Source: a virus (taxonomy: Duplodnaviria; Caudoviricetes). From it: 60,792 nt of DNA. A program made the position numbers and the translations under genes. This document shows positions 55,937 through 60,792 of the stretch, in pieces (the stretch's first letter is position 1; the number at the start of each line of letters is the position of its first letter). The DNA lies in the IMG/VR virus record IMGVR_UViG_3300009136_000005, positions 1 to 60,792 of that record. One strand, given 5' to 3'. Below the pieces are notes generated by a model. That model was not told where the DNA came from, did not search any database, and saw nothing but the letters and a program-made list of their open reading frames with translations.

Positions 55937-56382
55937 AGCGTCTTATTCCTCTGTCTTTGTTGCTACTTCCGCTTTCATCAAATGCGGAATTTTCTATTGC
56001 GGGTGGACAGGAATTTATTCATGATGATCGTGTAGATGAACAATCTTTTGAGCTTCGTTATTTTGGCGAAGAATGGAAACACTGGACTGCATACATAGGC
56101 AACAACAATACGATCGGTGGTGATTTATATTACACTAACGGTTCTGTCGAGTACGGTTTCGGTATTGAATATGCAGACGAACTCGAATTGGTTGGAACAA
56201 ACATGGCATATCAACTTCGAATTGATTACAACATAAACGAAGATTGGTCTGTCGGTGTGAAGCACAGAAGCAATTGTAAAGATGTGTGTAGAAATGTTCC
56301 TGGCCTAAGTTGGTTACCAAAAGGACCAGAAGACGAATCAAATACTGGTTACAACTTTCTCATGGTCCGGTATAAATTTTAA
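55933..56382 (+). CDS. Small outer-membrane beta-barrel protein, PagL/acyloxyacyl hydrolase-like
   Basis: Signal peptide (SNA), alternating beta-strands, HRSN...N-x-G-x-N motif, terminal YKF BAM signal. Confidence 0.6.
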   Translation: MKRLIPLSLLLLPLSSNAEFSIAGGQEFIHDDRVDEQSFELRYFGEEWKHWTAYIGNNNTIGGDLYYTNGSVEYGFGIEYADELELVGTNMAYQLRIDYNINEDWSVGVKHRSNCKDVCRNVPGLSWLPKGPEDESNTGYNFLMVRYKF

Positions 56383-56383
56383 T

Positions 56384-56626
56384 ATGAATAAAGTATCAAT
56401 ACGGAGTGTGGCGGTTTATAATTTCGAGCAAGCACGTGATGATTACGAAGAAGCCGAACATATTATGTCGGTTGAATTCTTTGGTTTTCGTGACTTTCTT
56501 CCACAAGCCGAATACGAACAAGCGAGAGAATATTTACGCGATATGCCACAATGTGCAACAAAGGTTTTATTCTTTCGTGAAATAATTATGCACGAAACAA
56601 CATACATTAATCCTTTAGGAAATTAA
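56384..56626 (+). CDS. Hypothetical protein
   Basis: Operon ORF. Confidence 0.55.
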   Translation: MNKVSIRSVAVYNFEQARDDYEEAEHIMSVEFFGFRDFLPQAEYEQAREYLRDMPQCATKVLFFREIIMHETTYINPLGN

Positions 56627-56627
56627 A

Positions 56628-56816
56628 ATGAATAAAGAACCAAAATATTCAATGCTTCTGGTTGAAGTAAGTCGTTATGAAGAAGCCTGGGCAATTTATC
56701 CAACTGGTAAAAGCTATTTTAAGGATGAAGTTTGCAAGCTTCCTGGCGGCAGTGAAGTTAAGAAGAGAGCAGCACAAAAAGTGCTGGATGCAATGAACGG
56801 AGTGACAGAAGAATGA
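56628..56816 (+). CDS. Hypothetical protein
   Basis: AGGA RBS. Confidence 0.55.
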   Translation: MNKEPKYSMLLVEVSRYEEAWAIYPTGKSYFKDEVCKLPGGSEVKKRAAQKVLDAMNGVTEE

Positions 56817-57052
56817 AAGATATACCAAAAGTTTATGATCAAGTATGGGTAATGGAAAGTAATAAACCCGTACATAAAATGATATACAGCATCACAGAAG
56901 TAATGGATACTTGTGGAGGTTATAATGCGACCAATTTATTTTTTAAATTAGTCAAAGGAAAATTTAGTGCTGGTCAAGGAAATAACAAGGAAGTTGGATG
57001 TGCTCTTGTTGACATGTATGAAACAAAAGAAGACTTACTTAATTCACTTTAG
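56813..57052 (+). CDS. Hypothetical protein
   Basis: ATGA overlap; YETKEDLLNSL C-terminus. Confidence 0.6.
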   Translation: MKDIPKVYDQVWVMESNKPVHKMIYSITEVMDTCGGYNATNLFFKLVKGKFSAGQGNNKEVGCALVDMYETKEDLLNSL

Positions 57053-57061
57053 GATACTATT

Positions 57062-57784
57062 ATGGAAACTCAAATCGAATTAACAAAAGAAGAACTCGTT
57101 ATGATTCAGACCGAACGAGATAATGAACAAGCACGTCAAGATAAAATAAAACGTGAACGTAAAATAGAAGAAGAGCGACAACGAGCGATTCAACAAAGGC
57201 AAATCGATCGGATCGAACAACTCGCACAATCACTTGAGACTGCTGATACAAATAACATTCTTACCTTTGTTCGAAGAAAGGATACAAACGGTTTGGATGC
57301 TGTGTTAGTGACGTTTGAATGTTGTGGCTCTGACCAATCAATTGGTATCGTAGAGCATCGCGTATACAATGGATATCGTTCTGGCTCACGTGGATACAAA
57401 TATCGATTATGTGGCGCATACAATAATTATGCTGAACGATATTATACGAATCCAAAAACCGTCATCAAACGAGTCGAAGAATTTCACGCCAACGAACAAC
57501 AGAAGAAAGATGTGGCTGCTTTCAAGAAGTCTTTGAAAGAACGTACGATGGCTGAATTGAAAAGTCGATATCCAAATGCAAACGTTTCGTTTGAACAAGG
57601 ATATGATTATGGTCGTGGTAGATCTCGCAAAGTCACGGCTGATCAATATCGTGTTGAAACAGATCGAGGGTATTACAATTTTTATGCCTACGATGATGGT
57701 GACGACATCAAATTGACTGTTCGTAATTATTTCTTTAAGGATGTCGAATTCGCAAAACAAATACAGGAATCTGTATTAGGATAA
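57062..57784 (+). CDS. Hypothetical protein with N-terminal coiled coil
   Basis: AGGA RBS; 240 aa. Confidence 0.7.
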   Translation: METQIELTKEELVMIQTERDNEQARQDKIKRERKIEEERQRAIQQRQIDRIEQLAQSLETADTNNILTFVRRKDTNGLDAVLVTFECCGSDQSIGIVEHRVYNGYRSGSRGYKYRLCGAYNNYAERYYTNPKTVIKRVEEFHANEQQKKDVAAFKKSLKERTMAELKSRYPNANVSFEQGYDYGRGRSRKVTADQYRVETDRGYYNFYAYDDGDDIKLTVRNYFFKDVEFAKQIQESVLG

Positions 57785-58097
57785 CATTATGAATATTTTA
57801 TTAGTTGGTATTGCATGGTTGCTGGTAAGTTTTATTTTAGCAACTACTCTTGGTCGCATGATTAAGTATCATCGTGATGGAACATTACAACCTGTTCGTC
57901 AGGACGACGATGAACAATGGGAATATTTTAACAGAAAATGAAATTATTTAACAACGATTTATCTGGTGCAATTAACGCAAAACTCTGTTTGATTGTGTGG
58001 AGTTGTGGTGGTATTGTAACTACAATTGGAATGGTTAAACAAAGCCTACTTGTGTTTGGAGTTGGTGTTCTAATTCTTTACTTGGCGTACACAGCAA

Positions 58098-58697
58098 ATG
58101 ATTAAAATGTTAGACATCGATTATCTCAAAGACCTGTCGGACGATTATGATCCACCACGAGTTCATGGCAACGGATTTATACAATTAGATATTGGTGAGA
58201 ATCATCGATTAAACTTCTGGGGACATCCTGATATCCCCCACCAAAATGTCAACACGGAAATTCACGATCATACTTTTTCGTTTGTCAGCAAAATACTCAA
58301 AGGTGAGTTGCATAATTTTAATTATGAAACTCACCCGATCAACCATTTTAATACTCAGTACAAAATTTACAATCCTCAAGTTCGAGATGGAGAAGATACA
58401 ATTCTTGTTGATAGTGGTGAACGAGTTAGTACAAGAATTTCTGGTTGTGATTTTGTGTCTGCTACACAAGAAAAATTTTCATCGTATCATATGCTTGGTG
58501 GAAAATTCCATAAAACAATAGCATACCAGACAGCCATCTCGTTGATGAAATATGTCAAACCGCTTCGATTGTTAGAAGATGTCCCACCTGCTCGTGTACT
58601 TGTTAATGTTGAAGAAGAACCAGATAATGTATTCAATCGAAATGATCACAACGTGAATGTGCTATGGAATATTATAGAAGAAATTATTGATGCGTAA
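58098..58697 (+). CDS. Cupin-like (double-stranded beta-helix) protein
   Basis: HGNGF, IHDH.FSF.S..L.G, FH metal-binding pattern. Confidence 0.6.
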   Translation: MIKMLDIDYLKDLSDDYDPPRVHGNGFIQLDIGENHRLNFWGHPDIPHQNVNTEIHDHTFSFVSKILKGELHNFNYETHPINHFNTQYKIYNPQVRDGEDTILVDSGERVSTRISGCDFVSATQEKFSSYHMLGGKFHKTIAYQTAISLMKYVKPLRLLEDVPPARVLVNVEEEPDNVFNRNDHNVNVLWNIIEEIIDA

Positions 58698-58865
58698 TTA
58701 CGGCAGAATAGATGTAGTCATCGAACCCAACTTGTCTAATAGAAAAGATAAGTCAGTTCGGTTCATGTAACCGATCGCAAACAGAATGACTAAAAGCATG
58801 AATACATTCATCTTATCAATCAATTTCATTATCACGTTTCCTAAGAATTCCCAAAATTTGTCCAC
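58698..58865 (-). CDS. 55-aa late membrane protein (not in ORF track)
   Basis: GGGAG RBS, GTG start, TM VFMLLVILFAIGY; ATAAATA upstream at 58897-58903. Confidence 0.55.
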   Translation of the reverse strand: MDKFWEFLGNVIMKLIDKMNVFMLLVILFAIGYMNRTDLSFLLDKLGSMTTSILP

Positions 58866-58957
58866 TATTGCAATCTCCCTTTGATAGTTGGTAATGTATT
58901 TATGTTAATAGGGTCAAATACGAATCACATTAGAATGCAAAAATAAGCAATTAGGCG

Positions 58958-58986
58958 TTGACTGTAAGGGTAAAAGCAGGTATAAT
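58958..58986 (+). promoter_or_regulatory. Conserved early promoter
   Basis: TTGACT-17bp-TATAAT, spacer TAAGGGTAAAA. Confidence 0.75.
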
Positions 58987-59020
58987 AGGGTATTATTCAG
59001 TAAAATATTGGTCAAAATAC

Positions 59021-59443
59021 ATGGCTTGTAGTGTTAGAATACTGTGGAATCAGCAGGATGGAAAGTGTTATTTCTGCCAATGTCAAACTTATCTCAAACA
59101 AGAGGGTCAATCAAAGATGCGGAAAAGAACGGCGTCACGAGAACATCTGATTCCAAAATCAGAAGGTGGCTCAAATCGTAAGGTAAATCTACGAATGGCA
59201 TGTCACAAATGCAACACAGATCGTGGTACAATGCATGCGGTTTTGTGGATGCAAATCGTTCGCAACCCCGCAAAACTTCAAGCCTTTTATCGTGCTCGTT
59301 CATTGCAGAAAAAGCTGACAAAAATGAGAAATAACAAAAAACGCGAGGCAAGATTATTGCGGAATACGGGGATGTTTCACAAGATAATACATGTCAATAA
59401 CCACACTTTTAATCGATTATTTACGGTACAATGCGCTGCTTAA
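59021..59443 (+). CDS. HNH endonuclease
   Basis: CYFC...EHLIPKSEGGSN...NL..ACHKCN. Confidence 0.85.
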   Translation: MACSVRILWNQQDGKCYFCQCQTYLKQEGQSKMRKRTASREHLIPKSEGGSNRKVNLRMACHKCNTDRGTMHAVLWMQIVRNPAKLQAFYRARSLQKKLTKMRNNKKREARLLRNTGMFHKIIHVNNHTFNRLFTVQCAA

Positions 59444-59446
59444 CTG

Positions 59447-59475
59447 TTGACCTTTAGGGTAAAAGCGGGTATAAT
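59447..59475 (+). promoter_or_regulatory. Conserved early promoter
   Basis: TTGACC-17bp-TATAAT, spacer TTTAGGGTAAAA. Confidence 0.8.
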
Positions 59476-59505
59476 ATCCCTATATTCAATCAAAAAGAGT
59501 CCAAA

Positions 59506-59859
59506 ATGTACGTTATATATCACAAAGAAACCACACGATACCTGCTCGATCCGCGTAAACATTCTCTGATGGCGAAGAAATCTTACAAGACAGAACGCGC
59601 AGCAAAAGCCGCTCTGACTCGTCTGGTTGCCGTTTATGCAGCACGTGCTGAACGCAACAAAGATAGTTTCAATTCGCATTTGTATGCTGGGATCGACCGC
59701 AACGATTATGCAATTGCTGAAATCAACGATTTCAAACAGAACATCGAAAAGTCAGTTACCAAAAAGAATTTGTTGAATCCTAATGGTAAAGGTTTTAAAA
59801 TTTCTGTTAACACTCCTTCCTGCTGCGATCCTTCTACTGAAACTTATCATTCAATGTAA
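59506..59859 (+). CDS. Conserved early phage protein
   Basis: YKTERAAKAALTR...NTP.CCDPSTETY.SM. Confidence 0.75.
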   Translation: MYVIYHKETTRYLLDPRKHSLMAKKSYKTERAAKAALTRLVAVYAARAERNKDSFNSHLYAGIDRNDYAIAEINDFKQNIEKSVTKKNLLNPNGKGFKISVNTPSCCDPSTETYHSM

Positions 59860-59894
59860 TTGATATTTTATCTTTCATACCTGAGATTTATACA

Positions 59895-60110
59895 ATGAAC
59901 GAAACAACTGTAGTATTAGGAATGTTCTACTTATTTACGTTATCGTCGGCATTAGCTCTCGTTGCGTTTGTGATGTCGGTGCTCGTTCGGAACGGATCAA
60001 TGTTCTTTCATTCAATTCTGCTTGGTGCGCCTAACATTCTCGTATTTTATGTTCTTGGCATTTTGATCGGCAACATCGGATGGTTCAATCAACTGATTGC
60101 ATACGCATGA
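59895..60110 (+). CDS. Small membrane protein
   Basis: Two TM segments. Confidence 0.55.
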   Translation: MNETTVVLGMFYLFTLSSALALVAFVMSVLVRNGSMFFHSILLGAPNILVFYVLGILIGNIGWFNQLIAYA

Positions 60111-60328
60111 AATTATTATTAACCAAAATCATCTTTATAATCGCAGCCACATATAATCTTGTGGTTGCGTTTTGTGTGTCAATATTTGCTGTGTTGTATT
60201 GTGTGATATTATATTTCGAATATAATGATGGCATCAAAGAATGGTGCGGAGAAGTCGGTGATATATTCGTTAGCATTTATAAAGATACCTGGCGAGAAAT
60301 TTGCAACAAATGGAGCGAAATAGCATGA
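60107..60328 (+). CDS. Small membrane protein
   Basis: ATGA overlap; hydrophobic N-terminal half. Confidence 0.5.
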   Translation: MKLLLTKIIFIIAATYNLVVAFCVSIFAVLYCVILYFEYNDGIKEWCGEVGDIFVSIYKDTWREICNKWSEIA

Positions 60329-60588
60329 ACAAAGTTTATGTAACAACTTATTTTAACTCGAATACAAACACCGCTGACACATACCAGCGAGTCAATCAAA
60401 CCGAGATGCAAGCAATATTGCTTGCTCACCAAGACATGGAATTAAATGCTGGTGATTATCAGCGTCCAAACGAGCCACACATTACGATGGCGTGGAAAGA
60501 TGGTGCGTTTAATATTTCACTTATGAACAAAACAACTGGTGACGAACTTGAAGCGTTCGTTATTACAGAAGCAGAAATTGGAGAGTAA
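60325..60588 (+). CDS. Hypothetical protein
   Basis: GGAG RBS; ATGA overlap. Confidence 0.55.
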   Translation: MNKVYVTTYFNSNTNTADTYQRVNQTEMQAILLAHQDMELNAGDYQRPNEPHITMAWKDGAFNISLMNKTTGDELEAFVITEAEIGE

Positions 60589-60589
60589 A

Positions 60590-60751
60590 ATGCACTACGA
60601 TTATTCAGATATATCCACCGATGGAATTCGGAACGTAGTTAACGGCATGCCGAATGCAAGTCGTGACGAACTTATCGAGGAATGTGAGGAATTACTCGCA
60701 TGCGGTGAACTCGACGAGATTGATTTAATCATTGAGGAAAATGGAGAGTAA
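60590..60751 (+). CDS. Small acidic hypothetical protein
   Basis: GGAG RBS before ATG at 60590. Confidence 0.5.
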   Translation: MHYDYSDISTDGIRNVVNGMPNASRDELIEECEELLACGELDEIDLIIEENGE

Positions 60752-60792
60752 AATGGACTCGGTTTTTTATGACATTTATGTCGCTCACACAT

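Noticed and set aside
1-60792. Stop-codon reassignment, tRNAs, DGR/retron, introns or inteins
   Set aside because: Genes tile densely in the standard code using TAA, TAG and TGA as stops. I saw no cloverleaf, reverse transcriptase, TR/VR pair or intein motif by eye; tRNAscan and HMM searches were not run.

Overview
A 60.8-kb, AT-rich, gene-dense segment of a large T4-like or jumbo tailed-phage genome in the standard genetic code. The host is probably a Gram-negative proteobacterium, judged from sigma70 promoters with IHF-like boxes, IscA, a PagL-like barrel and a pilin-like leader. Layout: (1) 1-6.7 kb, baseplate/tail-fibre-type structural genes on +. (2) 6.7-34.5 kb, mostly + strand early/middle genes: a minimal DnaE-like polymerase core, 7-deazaguanine pathway genes (FolE2, QueD, QueE, a second T-fold protein, a TGT/DpdA-like protein), IscA, a CarF/TMEM189-type desaturase, the anti-CBASS sponge Acb2, dCTP deaminase/dUTPase, a DEDDh exonuclease, a PRTase, a NUDIX hydrolase, an SF2 helicase and a DUF932-like protein. 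(3) 33.3-38.9 kb, a modification cluster: Maf/sialyltransferase-like protein, TPR-glycosyltransferase, methyltransferase, YkgJ Cys-cluster protein and two sulfotransferases, the minus-strand part behind late-type promoters. (4) 38.9-50.5 kb, minus-strand tail-fibre genes with a recombination scar. (5) 50.6-60.8 kb, a candidate tandem structured RNA and many small early genes. The most striking unexplained signal is a Gly-Ser-Pro (GSP) tripeptide: 28 copies by manual count in seven virion-type proteins, encoded by unrelated codons and almost absent elsewhere. It may be the acceptor sequon for a phage-encoded virion glycosylation/sulfation system. All family calls come from motif recognition by eye; no database searches were run.
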